From: an uncultured Thermoleophilia bacterium
Lineage (GTDB): Bacteria > Actinomycetota > Thermoleophilia > UBA2241
DNA length: 64,000 bases
Reading direction: 5' to 3'
Assembly: GCA_963702475.1 (NCBI GenBank)
Contig: CAVPCT010000005.1
Span: forward strand, 864,001-928,000
Shown: in pieces, positions 20,558-32,329 of the stretch
Layout: every line of letters begins with the position of its first letter
How positions within the stretch are numbered: the stretch's first letter is position 1
Notes under the pieces: model-generated
What the model saw: only the letters and a program-made list of their open reading frames with translations
Told to the model about the DNA's origin: nothing
Databases searched by the model: none
Made by a program: the position numbers and the translations under genes

Positions 20558-20581
20558 GGCGTAGGTCCTGAGACCTACGCC
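20558..20581. promoter_or_regulatory. Perfect inverted repeat upstream of the acyltransferase; candidate NarL-family RR site
   Basis: GGCGTAGGTC-ctga-GACCTACGCC. Confidence 0.5.
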
Positions 20582-20639
20582 CTCAGGCGGGGCCGGCGTC
20601 AGCCGGGCGCGCGGAGCGGCCTGCCCGCGGGCGCAGGCG

Positions 20640-21602
20640 TCAGCCGTGCGCGGGACGCAGCTCGGCGATGAGGCCGCGCATCTCGGCCAGCGCCTGCTGC
20701 GTGTCGCCCTGGATCGCGACGACCAGATCTGCGGCCTCGCTGCCCTGCCCGGCTTCGGCCGTCGCCGCCGCCAGACGCCGCTGCGCGGCCTCGGCGGCGG
20801 CGACGATGCCGTCGATGCGCGTGGCCACCGAGTCGTTGAGCTGGCGCGCCACGCGGTCGCGCTCCGCGACGGCGGCCAGCCCGCCGGCCTGGGGAGCGTA
20901 TGCCTCGAGCTGTACCTTGGCCGCCCGTAGGCCGTCCAGCATGACCTGGCTCTGCCGCCGTGCCGCCTCGAGGTCGCGCGCCACGACGACGTAGGCCGCC
21001 ACCACGACCTCTGGAGCCAGGGTCATGCTCGCCTCCGCGAGGCCTGCGAGCGGATCCTCGAGCAGGACCAGGGGCAGCACCGCCGAGAGCGCGGCGACGA
21101 CCCCGACCCAGATCCAGATCGTGCGCCCTGTGAACACCACGGCAGCGACCGCAGCGAACGGGATGAACAGCGCCACCAGGAAGTCGACCTCGGTTCCCTT
21201 CGAGAGGAACATCATCGCCGTAACGAGCAGGCACTGGACCGCCAGCAGCACGTGGACCGCCCACTTCCGCCGCGGTGTGCGCAGCAGGGTGACCACGCAC
21301 AGCACGGTCGCCAGCCCGCCCAGGCCGACGTACCACAGGCCGAGCTGCGCATCGCCGGCCACGACGAGCGCGCGGGCGAGCTGGGCCGCGAACCCGACAC
21401 AACAGACGACGACGACGAGCAGGAGGACCGGCTTCGAGAGCACGCCCCTGCCCGCGATCCGGGCGTCGTCCGCAGTCGCGCCCGCGCCCCGGGCGCCGGT
21501 CGGCGCCACGGGAGCGCCCGCATCCGCGGCCGTGGCTGCGGTCGCCGGCACCGCACCGCCCCGCGCCCCGCCCGCGCCCCCCGCTGTCGCCGGCGACGTC
21601 AC
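20640..21602 (-). CDS. Pseudo histidine kinase: TM sensor plus HisKA_3-like DHp lacking the His, no HATPase domain
   Basis: ERDRVARQLNDSV (canonical ERxRIARELHD); ends ALAEMRGLIAELRPAHG*. Confidence 0.8.
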   Translation of the reverse strand: MTSPATAGGAGGARGGAVPATAATAADAGAPVAPTGARGAGATADDARIAGRGVLSKPVLLLVVVVCCVGFAAQLARALVVAGDAQLGLWYVGLGGLATVLCVVTLLRTPRRKWAVHVLLAVQCLLVTAMMFLSKGTEVDFLVALFIPFAAVAAVVFTGRTIWIWVGVVAALSAVLPLVLLEDPLAGLAEASMTLAPEVVVAAYVVVARDLEAARRQSQVMLDGLRAAKVQLEAYAPQAGGLAAVAERDRVARQLNDSVATRIDGIVAAAEAAQRRLAAATAEAGQGSEAADLVVAIQGDTQQALAEMRGLIAELRPAHG

Positions 21603-21603
21603 C

Positions 21604-22296
21604 TCACCCCTCGTCCGCGAGCCCGTGCCTGATGGCGAAGACGGCGAGCTGCGTGCGGTCCTTCAGCCCGAGCTTAGCGAGCACGTGGCTCACGTGGGCC
21701 TTCACGGTCTTCTCGCTGATCCAGAGCCGCCCGGCGATCTCGTGGTTGGTGAGCCCCTGCGCCACGAGGCGGACCACCTCGGCCTCGCGCTCGGTGAGGT
21801 CGCCGGCACGCGGCGCCGGCGCAGCAGCGTCGGGCGGCGCGGCTCCGGGCGGCGCGCCGCCGCCCGCCCTCGCCGCCTCCATGAGCTTGCGCGCCACCTC
21901 CGGGTGCAGACGCGGCTCGCCGCGGTACGCGGCGCGGACGGCCGCGACCAGGTCCTCCGGTGAGACGTCCTTGAGCAGGTAGCTCGCCGCGCCGGCCTCG
22001 ATGGCCGGGAAGATCTGGTCGTCCTCGGCGAAGCTCGTCAGCACGATCACGCTGATGGGCAGGCCCAGCTCGCCGATGCGGCGCGTGGCCGCGATGCCGT
22101 CCAGCTCCGGCATCACCAAGTCCATGAGCACGACGTCCGGCTCCAGCTTCTCGGCCATCTCCACGGCGGCCGCCCCATCGGCTGCTTCGCCCACCACGAC
22201 CACGTCGTCCTGCAGCTCCAGGAAGGTCCGCAGACCCTGGCGCACGACCTGGTGGTCGTCGACGATCATGACCTTGATGCTCTCCTCGCCCGTCAC
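21604..22296 (-). CDS. NarL/LuxR family response regulator
   Basis: VDDH, LMDLVMP, LTSF, YLLK, LTEREAEV...NHEIA..LWISEKTVKAH. Confidence 0.95.
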   Translation of the reverse strand: MTGEESIKVMIVDDHQVVRQGLRTFLELQDDVVVVGEAADGAAAVEMAEKLEPDVVLMDLVMPELDGIAATRRIGELGLPISVIVLTSFAEDDQIFPAIEAGAASYLLKDVSPEDLVAAVRAAYRGEPRLHPEVARKLMEAARAGGGAPPGAAPPDAAAPAPRAGDLTEREAEVVRLVAQGLTNHEIAGRLWISEKTVKAHVSHVLAKLGLKDRTQLAVFAIRHGLADEG

Positions 22297-23531
22297 CGCC
22301 CCACCTCCTCACGTTGCTCGACCACGACGCGCGTGCCGCCCCCGGGCACCGGCTCGACACGGAGCTCCCAGCCGATCTCCGCGGCCCGTTCCCGCATGCC
22401 GCTCAACCCCATGCCGCGGCCGACGCGCGCCGCCGAGGCGTCGAACCCCCGGCCGTCGTCCAGGACCTCGAGCCTGCGCGGCGGCGACCGCCGCAGCCGC
22501 ACCGTAGCGTGCTCCGCGGCCGCGTGCTTGACCACGTTGTTGAGCGCCTCCTGCGCGATGCGGAACAGCGCGTGCTCCTCCGCCGGCGAGAGGCTGGGCG
22601 CCGGCGACGGACCGTCCGCGGCCGGCGGCGTCGTCGCCTCGGGCGCTTTCTCCTCCCCCACGACCTCCCGTCGCACGCTCAGGCCCTCGGGCCACGCGCG
22701 CTCCGCGATGTGCCGCCGCAGCGCCGCCTCCAGCCCCTCCTCCCCGGGTTCGTCACCCTCAGCCAGCTCGGAGCCAAGAGCACGGATCTCCTCCAGCGCG
22801 CTCCGTCCGAGCTGCACCAGCTGGTCAAGCTGCGCCGAGGCCGCACCGCGGTCGCGCGGCACCAGCAGCACCGCGGACTGCGCCGTCAGGTTCATGCTGA
22901 ACACCGTCTGCGTCACCGAGTCGTGCAGCTCGCGCGCCAGACGGTGACGCTCCTCGGCGGCCGCCAGGCGTTCGACCCGCCGCGCCGAGGCCTCCACCTC
23001 CCGGTTCGCCACAGCGAGCTCGGCGGCGAGGGTCTCGTTGCCGACGCGTGCATCCGCGACGCGCGCCGTGACGAGGGTGAACAGGGCGAGGAAGACGGCC
23101 AGACCCGCGTACATGACCGCGAACATCACCGCTTGCACCAGGTCGTAGCTCAGGGAGAGCGCCAGCGCCGTCAGCGAGGCGAACAGGGCGATCCACAGCA
23201 GGGTCGCCTTCCGGCCGAGGCGCTGCATGACGCGCATGCTCACGACGCCGAACAGGATGGCGTAGAAATCCCCGTGCCACACGCGAGCCATGAGCACGAC
23301 GACCACCACGGTCAGGGCGGCGAGGACGACCGGGCAGAAGGAGGCCCAGCGCGGCGTGACGACCGCCTCGAGCACGAGCAGCACCAGCCAGACCGCCAGG
23401 AGGAGGAGCACATCGGACAGAAGCGGATCACCGGAGAGGCGGACCACGGACCGCAGTACCGTGACCGCGAAGAGGAGGCAGGCGGTGAGCAGGAAGATCG
23501 AGCGGTAGAGCCGGTCGGCAGAGCCAGTCAT
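22293..23531 (-). CDS. HisKA_3 (NarX/DesK-type) membrane sensor histidine kinase
   Basis: Several TMs, ERHRLARELHDSV, QEALNNVVKH, DDGRGF, GMGLSGMRERA. Confidence 0.93.
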   Translation of the reverse strand: MTGSADRLYRSIFLLTACLLFAVTVLRSVVRLSGDPLLSDVLLLLAVWLVLLVLEAVVTPRWASFCPVVLAALTVVVVVLMARVWHGDFYAILFGVVSMRVMQRLGRKATLLWIALFASLTALALSLSYDLVQAVMFAVMYAGLAVFLALFTLVTARVADARVGNETLAAELAVANREVEASARRVERLAAAEERHRLARELHDSVTQTVFSMNLTAQSAVLLVPRDRGAASAQLDQLVQLGRSALEEIRALGSELAEGDEPGEEGLEAALRRHIAERAWPEGLSVRREVVGEEKAPEATTPPAADGPSPAPSLSPAEEHALFRIAQEALNNVVKHAAAEHATVRLRRSPPRRLEVLDDGRGFDASAARVGRGMGLSGMRERAAEIGWELRVEPVPGGGTRVVVEQREEVGR

Positions 23532-23703
23532 ACGTCGCGTCACCCGTCCGGACGGTCCGCGACCCCGCGGCGCCGGGAGGCGGAGGGACGGGCCAATCAT
23601 AGCGGGCGGCGGGGGGGTGTCTACGTCTGGCGGGACAAGATTACGGGGCGGGGAGCTTCGCGGCTCCCCGCCCCGTCCCCTGCCGCAGGGACTGCCCCGC
23701 CCC

Positions 23704-26700
23704 CTACTTCACGCTGAACTGCCCCGCAATCTGGCCGCCGTCCTCCAGCGTCGCCGTGACCTTGAAGTCGCCGGCCCCGAGCGAGGAGGTGCCGAGATAG
23801 TAGACGTACTGCTTCGCCAGCGGTCTGTAGAGGAACGACGTGCCGCTGGTGGGCCTGGTCGTGACCACCGGCTTCTGGTTCGTCCCGGTCGGGGTCGAGC
23901 TGAGCTTCTCCACGGCGATGGTGGCCGAGGCGCCAGGGACGTTGGCGCCGGCGGCGTCGGTGAGCTGGAAGGCCACCGTCACCGTCGAGCCGAGCTTGAA
24001 GAGGCTGGCGCCGTCCGCCTCGATGGGCGCGAGGAAGGCGGCCGGCAGCCTGTGAGCGACGAAGTAGGTCGCCTTGGCGGTGGTGACGTTGCCGGCCTTG
24101 TCGGTAGCCGTCACGGTGTAGGTGAGACCGCTCCGCTGCCCGGTCTGCGGATCGAGCCTGCTGACCCTGCCCGTGTTGATGGCTGAGCCGCTCGGCGTGG
24201 TCGCGCGGACCGCGGCGAGGCCCGAAAGCGCGTCGCTCGCGCTCCAGCTCGCCCTGACGACCTCGTTCAGCAGGTAGGTGGCGCCCTCGGCGGGCGTCGT
24301 GAGCGTCACGACCGGCGCCGTCAGGTCGATGCGCACCGTGACGGAGCGGGTCGCCTCGACGTTGCCGGCCTTGTCCAGAGAGCGGTAGAGCACCTTGGTC
24401 TGGCCCTCGGCCGCGACGGTGCAGCTGGCGCCGGCGGTCCAGCTGGCGCCGCCGTCGATGGAGTACTCGGTGCGCTCGAGCCCGGAGCCGCCGAGGTCGA
24501 CGGCCGCGAAGTGCAGGGTGACGACCTTCTTCAGCCAGGCGCCGCCGTAGTCGACGATAGTGAGCGGCGCGAGCCGGTCGATGCCGAAGCTGACGCTCTG
24601 CTGCGCCTCGGCGTTGCCCGCGAGGTCGGTCGCGTGGAAGAGCAGCTTGGCGGCGCCGCTGCCGCCGATCGTGAAGCTCACCCGGCCTTCAGCGTCCGCC
24701 GTCCTGGTCGTCCAGTTCTTCGCCGAGGCGAGCTTGTAGGAGATCGTCTTCACGCCGGAGCCGGAGTCGGCGGCGGTGAGGGTCACGGGCACGTCGCCCG
24801 CGTACCAGGCCTCGTCGATGTTGTTCGTGGTGTGCGGCGGAGTGGTGTGCGGACGGTGACCTCGAAGGTGGCCGAGGCCTCGTTGCCGGCCTCGTCGGTG
24901 GCGCCTACCGTCACCGTGGTCGCGCCGAAGGGGAACACCCAGCCGGAGGCCGGGGTCGCCGTCCAGGCGACCTCGCCGTCGACGGCGTCGAGCGCCGTGA
25001 CCTGGTCGGCGAAGGTCACGGTGGCCCCGTCGGGGCCGGTGGCCTCGACGGTCAGGTCGGCGGGGACGGTGATGAGCGGCGGGGTCGTGTCGACGGTCTT
25101 CGTCACGGTGACCGTGAAGCTGGCCGTGGCGCTGTTGCCACGCGCGTCGGTCGCCGTGTAGGTCACCGTCGTCGTACCGACCGGGAAGACGTCTCCGGGC
25201 TCGTGGTCGGCGGTTGGCGTGACTGAGCCGTCGACCAGGTCCTCGGCGGTAGGCGGCGTCCAGGTCGCGACGGCGCCGGTAGGACCGGTCGCCTCGAGCG
25301 GGATGTCGTCGGGTACGTCGGCGAACGCCGGAGCGGTGGTGTCACGCACCGTCACCTTGAAGCTGGCGGTGGCGTTGTTGCCGGCCGCGTCGCTCGCCGT
25401 GACGTCGACCGTGGTCTCGCCCAGCGGGAAGGTGGAGCCGGAGGGTGGGTCGGCGGTGGCCGTGACCGGCCCGTCGACAACGTCGCTTGCGGCTACCGAG
25501 AACGTGACCGGCGCACCGCCGGCACCCGTCGCCTCCTCGATGATGTTGGCCGGGACGGTGATCTCGGGTGGCGTCGTGTCGACGATGGTCAGCTTCGTGG
25601 TGGCTGTCGACGCGAGCCGCCGCGGTCGGTCACGCGAAGGCTGATGTCGAAGGGCTGGTTGAAGGGGATGGTCGGACTCAGGCCTCTCAGCGTGCTCCAG
25701 GCCACCTCCGGCGAGGCCCCCGTCGCGTCCGTGAACACCTCGTCGCCGTTCAGATCCCAGGCATAGGTGAGCCCCTCCTCCTCAGCCGTACCGTCGGATC
25801 GTGGCTCGTCGAGCCGTCGAGACTGAGGCTGGCTGCCATCGATGGAGTAGGGGCCGGCGGCGTCGGCGACCGGCGCATCGTTCACCGCCGTGACGGTGAT
25901 GCTCACGGTGGCCGATTCCGAATCGAGCTCGCCGTCGCTCGCCCTGTAGGTGAAGGAGTCGGGGCCGTTGTAGTCGGCGGCCGGCGTGTAGGTCACCGAG
26001 GCCGAGGTGGCGTCGACGGGAGCAGTGCCGGAGAGGGTGCCGTGCCGCGGATCCGTGAGCACCCGGAAAGTCAGCGGATCGATGTCGGCATCCAAGCCAG
26101 CGAGGATGACCACGACGGCAGTGTCCTCAGTGGTATTCGTGGCTTGGTCGCTGAGGACTGGTGGATGATTAGGGGGCAGCATCTCGAAGTCGACCTGGGC
26201 GCTCGGGTCGTCGGGCAGCTCGACCCAGACCCCGTCGGGGGTCTGGTGGTAGGTGTCGGTCGCCCAGACGAAGTAGCGCGCCTCGCTCAGGGGCCCGATG
26301 TCGTAGTGGCCGGCGGCGTCAGTGACGCCGGTGTACTCGCTGGTCCCCGTGACGTGCACGACGACACCCTCGAGCGGGCTGCCGTCCTGGTCGCTGACCG
26401 TGCCCGCGATGTGGTCGGAGGGCGTGAGCTGCACCTCGATCGAGGTGGTCTGCCCGGCGACCAGCAGGACGCCGTCGGCCTGCTCGAGGGTGGCGACGTC
26501 GTCGTAGAACTCGGTCTCGTAGTCGGGGGCTTGCACCCTGACGCGGTAGGTGTCGGGCGCCTGCCCGGGGGCGGTGGCGACCATGGGGTTGGGCCAGCGG
26601 ACGCTTGCGCCGTACTGGTCGAGCCAGACGCCGTCGTAGTTCTTCAGGAGCGTCATCCCGGCGAAGGGGATCGCTCCCCCACCGGCGCCGCTGATGCGGC

Positions 26701-29601
26701 AGGAGAGGGCGCCCGCCGGCAGCATCTCGAAGTCGACCTGGGCGCTCGGGTCGTCGGGCAGCTCGACCCAGACCCCGTCGGGGGTCTGGTGGTAGGTGTC
26801 GGTCGCCCAGACGAAGTAGCGCGCCTCGCTCAGGGGCCCGATGTCGTAGTGGCCGGCGGCGTCAGTGACGCCGGTGTACTCGCTGGTCCCCGTGACGTGC
26901 ACGACGACACCCTCGAGCGGGCTGCCGTCCTGGTCGCTGACCGTGCCCGCGATGTGGTCGGAGGGCGTGAGCTGCACCTCGATCGAGGTGGTCTGCCCGG
27001 CGACCAGCAGGACGCCGTCGGCCTGCTCGAGGGTGGCGACGTCGTCGTAGAACTCGGTCTCGTAGTCGGGGGCTTGCACCCTGACGCGGTAGGTGTCGGG
27101 CGCCTGCCCGGGGGCGGTGGCGACCATGGGGTTGGGCCAGCGGACGCTTGCGCCGTACTGGTCGAGCCAGACGCCGTCGTAGTTCTTCAGGAGCGTCATC
27201 CCGGCGAAGGGGATCGCTCCCCCACCGGCGCCGCTGATGCGGCAGGAGAGGGCGCCCGCCGGCAGCATCTCGAAGTCGACCTGGGCGCTCGGGTCGTCGG
27301 GCAGCTCGACCCAGACCCCGTCGGGGGTCTGGTGGTAGGTGTCGGTCGCCCAGACGAAGTAGCGCGCCTCGCTCAGGGGCCCGATGTCGTAGTGGCCGGC
27401 GGCGTCAGTGACGCCGGTGTACTCGCTGGTCCCCGTGACGTGCACGACGACACCCTCGAGCGGGCTGCCGTCCTGGTCGCTGACCGTGCCCGCGATGTGG
27501 TCGGAGGGCGTGAGCTGCACCTCGATCGAGGTGGTCTGCCCGGCGACCAGCAGGACGCCGTCGGCCTGCTCGAGGGTGGCGACGTCGTCGTAGAACTCGG
27601 TCTCGTAGTCGGGGGCTTGCACCCTGACGCGGTAGGTGTCGGGCGCCTGCCCGGGGGCGGTGGCGACCATGGGGTTGGGCTAGCGGACGCTTGCGCCGTA
27701 CTGGTCGAGCCAGACGCCGTCGTAGTTCTTCAGGAGCGTCATCCCGGCGAAGGGGATCGCTCCCCCACCGGCGCCGCTGATGCGGCAGGAGAGGGCGCCC
27801 GCCGGCAGCATCTCGAAGTCGACCTGGGCGCTCGGGTCGTCGGGCAGCTCGACCCAGACCCCGTCGGGGGTCTGGTGGTAGGTGTCGGTCGCCCAGACGA
27901 AGTAGCGCGCCTCGCTCAGGGGCCCGATGTCGTAGTGGCCGGCGGCGTCAGTGACGCCGGTGTACTCGCTGGTCCCCGTGACGTGCACGACGACACCCTC
28001 GAGCGGGCTGCCGTCCTGGTCGCTGACCGTGCCCGCGATGTGGTCGGAGGGCGTGAGCTGCACCTCGATCGTCACCGTCGCCGGTTCCGAGTCGGCCTGA
28101 CCGTCGTTGGCCACGTAGGTGAAGGAGTCGCTGCCCCTGTAGCCGGCGGCGGGGGTGTAGGTGAGTGCCGGGGCCGTGCCGGAGAGCGTGCCGTGCTGCG
28201 GGCCGGTGAGCACGCGGAAGGTCAGGGGGTCGCCGTCGGGGTCGGAGCCGGCGAGGGTCAAGGGAAGGGCCGCGTCCCCGGCGGTGGTGAGGGTCTGGGG
28301 GGCGGCGGTGGGGGCCTGGTTGGAGGTGTCACCGCCGACCACGAGGCAGAACGGAGACAGACTGTCGGCGGTCGCATAGACCTTCCGTGCATCGGGGTCC
28401 AGGGTCACGGGCAGCTCGACCCAGGTACCATCCACCAGGTGCAGCATTGCAGTGGGCGCGGGCCCGGAGGGTCGTACGGCAGGCCGATCGTGACCGGCCC
28501 CGTGTACGTCGCCGTGGTGGCGATGTCGTAGAACGTGCCCAGGATCTCGAAGGCGCCGAGTCCAGGTCCTGGGTTCGTCGTACTTGCGGTCATCGTGGTG
28601 ATGCCGGCACGCGTCACGCTGCCGAACATGACCTCCACGCCCGTGTCGGCGTCGGTCACCCACCAGTCGGTGCCCGGTTGTGTGTTGGGCGGTGGGGACG
28701 GGCCCCAGACCACGACGCCGGGCACCTCGCTCGTCCATGATCGCCTGGTAGAGGTAGCCGTCCGTGTCGAAGGCGAGGCCGCTCGGCTCCTGCATCCAGA
28801 ATGAACCCCGGTCGCCAAAGCTGGTGATGTACGTACCGGCCTGGTCGAACACGTCTATCGTGTTGTTGCCATAGCTCCATCGTGAGACGTACACGAGGTG
28901 GTCCGGGCCGATAGCTATGCCCCCGGTGCGGGTCGTGCTCGTACCGAACGGCTATTGGCCCAGCAGCCGATCGTCGGGCGAGAACTTCGAGAGGGCCCAC
29001 TGGTACGTGTCGCCGTTCCAGACGGCAACGAACAGGTCGCCGGAGTCGTCGAGCGCCAGCCACGACGCGTCATCCATGCGCAGCCACCCGACCTGGAGGA
29101 GCGGCGCTCCTTCGAGCGTCCACTGGCTCGCGCAGGTACCGTCGCTATCGGTTTGCACCACCCAGAAGTCATCGTCCTGGAACGCGATGCCGAGATGTCG
29201 CAGGTCGCTCGCAAGCTCAGTCCTGATGGCCCCCAGGTAGTTCCCCGAGAAGATCTTACGTCTGGACCTGTGCGTGGTTGCCGACTGCATCGAGTCACGT
29301 AGAGCACGCCGTCGTGGATGGCCACGCCCCACGGCTTCTCCACCTGGTCGCTCCCGATGCCGACGCACGCGATGGTCCTCACGTGGTCGCCGGCACCGTC
29401 GAACACGACCACGCCGCTATACGAATCGGCGACGTAGACGTTGCCATCGGCGTCGAAGGTGATGCCCTTGGGGTCGGTCAGGTCCGGCGATGTGAGACTG
29501 CGCTGGTAGTACGAGGGCATCTCCGCACCGGCCACCATCGGCAGCAGAAGCCCGACCACCAGGAACAGCATCGCGACAAGAACGAACACGGACCGCTTCA
29601 T
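23704..29601 (-). CDS. Large secreted multi-domain protein (NHL propeller, Big_9/cadherin-like Ig, carboxypeptidase-regulatory-like repeats, PKD, 3x HYR, Ig/PxKF-like C-terminus), broken by several frameshifts and one TAG
   Basis: Signal peptide MKRSVFVL...AGA; PKGITFDADGNVYVAD; TYTPAAxYxGxDSFTY; YAWDLNGD; FPVGTTTVTYTATD; FKLGSTVTVAFQL; fragments in ORFs 28915..29601, 28952..29368, 27680..28894, 28405..28818, 25589..27670, 24783..25355, 23704..24792. Confidence 0.8.
26175..28071. repeat. Intragenic tandem repeat, 543-bp unit, ~3.5 copies, near-identical
   Basis: Units start at 26175, 26718, 27261, 27804 (ggcagcatctcgaagtcg); the only difference noticed is C>T at 27681. Confidence 0.95.
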
Positions 29602-29782
29602 GGCTCCCCCTTCCAGAGTGCACAGACAGGAACAGGGCCCATGCGATCGGGCACGCGTCCCCGCGAGGCTCTCGACATCGCGAGGCGCGGGCCCGGCGAC
29701 CTCACGGACAGACGACCCGTCTCGAGCTCACTCGGACTTCGTGTCCTTGCGAGGACGCTATCCGGCTGCCGCACCGGGCACC

Positions 29783-29799
29783 TCACCGAATCGGGGGTA
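29783..29799 (-). promoter_or_regulatory. TCACCC-N5-GGGTGA-type box upstream of the giant secreted protein
   Basis: TCACCG-aatcg-GGGGTA; -10 TAGCGT (29755-29760, minus) 22 nt downstream. Confidence 0.5.
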
Positions 29800-29846
29800 T
29801 CGCTGGCCGAGCGCCTGGCGGGCAGGCTGGGCGAGCGCGGGCGCTG

Positions 29847-32112
29847 TCAGGCAGTCCCGAGCAGCCCGACCTCGCGCGCCCGCGCGACGGCTTGGTGCGC
29901 GTGTGCACCTCGAGCTTGCGGTAGATGTCGCGCGTGTGCGTGCGCACGGTCTCGCGCGAGACGAAGAGCCGCTCGGCGATCTCGCGCTGGCTGAGCTCGG
30001 TCGGCAGCAGCTCGAGGACGCGGCGCTCGGCGGGTGTCAGCGGATCCGCCAGCCGGCGCTCCTCGAGCCGCTCCTTCAGCTGCTCGAGGCGGGCGCGCAG
30101 GATGCCGGTGTCGGGGCATGCCGCTAGACGGGAGAAGCCCTCGTGCACGCACCTCGCAGCGCCGGGCACGTCGCCGCACTGAAGGAGCACCTCCCCGCTG
30201 ATGACGTCGCAGAGGAGGGCCATGAACAGCGCCGTCGTGCCCTGCGCGGCGAAGGCGGCGATCGGAGCCAGACGGTCGACAGCGCCGCAGTCGCCGCCAT
30301 GGGCCTCGATCCGCGCTCGTGCCAGAAGGGCCGCGAACACGGGGATGCCTACGTTCAGCCCCGCCTCCTCGAAGAGATCCAGCGCTGCCGTCGTCTTGAT
30401 CCGCGCTTCGTCCCAGCGACCTTCGTCGACGAGGATGAGCGCCTGGTACCCCAGCGCCGTGATGCGAGCAAGGACGTTGCCGACTGCTCCCTCCGCCTCA
30501 CCTTCGCGCAGGTGCTCGAGCGCGGCGTCGGTGTCTCCGGTCAGCCAGCAGGCGATACCCAGCTGCGCGAGGACGGCCGCGCGCATGCTCGCCGGGGCGC
30601 CCTCGCTGAGCCTGACTCCGAGCTCTGATTCGGCACGCATCCGGCTGATGCCGTCCGGCGCGAGCGCGCTTCTCATGAACGCTTGCATGGCGCGCAGCGA
30701 ACGGGGGCTCCCGGCCACATCCCCTCACCGACGTCCATGCGGAATGCGGCGCGCATCCAGCCACGAGCACGGGGGGAGTCGGCCGCCATGGACCCGATGC
30801 CGCCGGCGGCCAGCGTCAGTGCCGGGTCGGCGAAGATCTGCTCGTCGGTGAACATGTCGAGCCAGCGTCGCACCGTCTGATAGCGGGCGAGGTACGCGTA
30901 GTGCATGTGGCAGCGGCACACGATCGCGCCGGCGCGCCGGGGCTCGCCGCCGGCCAGCCAGTGGCGCACGGCCTCCTCGAAATCGTCGTGCTTCTCGAAC
31001 CAGGCCGCGGCCTGGCGGTGCAGAGCGGCGGCCTCCTCTTCGCCCCGGCGGCTCACCAGCTCGGCCTGCAGGAACTCGGCGAACAGGTGGTGGTAGCGGA
31101 ACCACTTGCCATTGTCATCCAAGGAGTTGACGTAGAGATCGCTGTGGGCCACGCGTGCAGGAGCTCCCCGGCGTCGGCGTCCCCGGTGACCGCGCGGCAG
31201 AGGCTGGGCGAGAACCGCTCCAGGATGGACGTCTGCAACAGGAACCCCGCGACGTCGGCCGGCTGCCTAGTCGAGCACCTCGCGTGGCAAGGTACCGGGC
31301 GATGTCCGCGGTCGCCGCGGATGCCGGCGAACACCTGGTCGGCCGCGTTGTGCTCGGCGGCGAGCGCGGCCAGGCTAGACGCCGGCTGCCCAGCCCTCCG
31401 TGGCCCGGGTGAGACCGGCAGCCCTCTCACGGTCGACACTCACACCGCGCAGAGCCAGCAGCTCTCGCGTCTCTTTGGGGCTCAGCGCCAGCTCCGGCGG
31501 GCCTAGCTCGAACAGGCGCCCCGCAGCCCGCAGGCGCGCCAGCGGGAGAGCGCGGCCTTGCGCCCGCTCAGGCACAGGTGTGCCCGTGCGGTAGCTGATC
31601 GAGGAGCAGCCCCAGCGACGCGCCAGCAGACCTCGTTCGTCACCAGGTGGGCGTCGTCGATCACGAGGACGAACGGCTCGGCGCTCGCCACCGCTGCGGC
31701 CAGCGCCGGGAGGATGCGGGTCTCGACCGGCGGGGGCGCGACTGCAGCCACTGCTCGACGAGCGGATCGACGTCGATCACCCCGCCGAGAGCTGCTGTGA
31801 GGTACTGGAGGAAGAGCAGCGGGTCGTTGTCTGCAGCGTCGGCCTGCAGCCAGGCGAACGGGACGCCGTCGTCCGCGGCCCATTGCGCCAGCGCGACCGT
31901 CTTGCCGTACCCGCCGGGCGCCGAGACGACCAGCAGGGGGGCTTCGACCGCGGTCAGCCGCCGCAGGAGCTCCGCGCCGCACCAGCGCGAGGAGCGGCAG
32001 CGGCGGCCGCAGGCGCGACCTGATCAGCCGCGGTGGCAGATGGGGGAGCGAGAGCCCGGTACGCGCTTCGTGCGGGCGCGGGCATGCCGACTCCGCGCCT
32101 CGTTTCGGCCAT
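29847..32112 (-). pseudogene. MalT-family large ATP-binding LuxR regulator, multiply frameshifted
   Basis: Walker A SAPGGYGKT, FVLVIDDAHLV, TEGWAAG, WFRYHHLFAEFL, C-terminal LTPAERRVL..SQREIAERLFVSRETVRTH HTH, spread across frames. Confidence 0.85.
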
Positions 32113-32329
32113 GGCAGTACCTCGCCTCTCCAGGGAGGATGGACGGCCCCGTCCCACTCCCGCTCCGTGCCAGACACACGATTCGTCTGCCACACCCTAC
32201 AGTCGTGTCCTGGGGGCCTCAAGAGTACGTCGTGTGCGTGCGTGAAGGGATGGAAGGGCACTGGGGTGTCTGGCACGCCGGAGGACGCACCTGAGCGCAC
32301 ATGCCGATCAGACCCCGCCTCACATTTTT

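Noticed and set aside
27680-27682. Pyrrolysine or amber recoding
   Set aside because: The two in-frame TAGs replace Tyr and Trp; TAG is also used as a true stop in the window; no pyl genes seen
26175-28071. CRISPR array
   Set aside because: 543-bp in-frame coding units with no unique spacers; no cas genes in the window
25568-28531. 987-aa plus-strand ORF (also 752..2629, 8356..10242, 13801..15555, 44860..46929, 47065..49353)
   Set aside because: Antisense shadows of motif-bearing minus-strand genes, expected at this GC content
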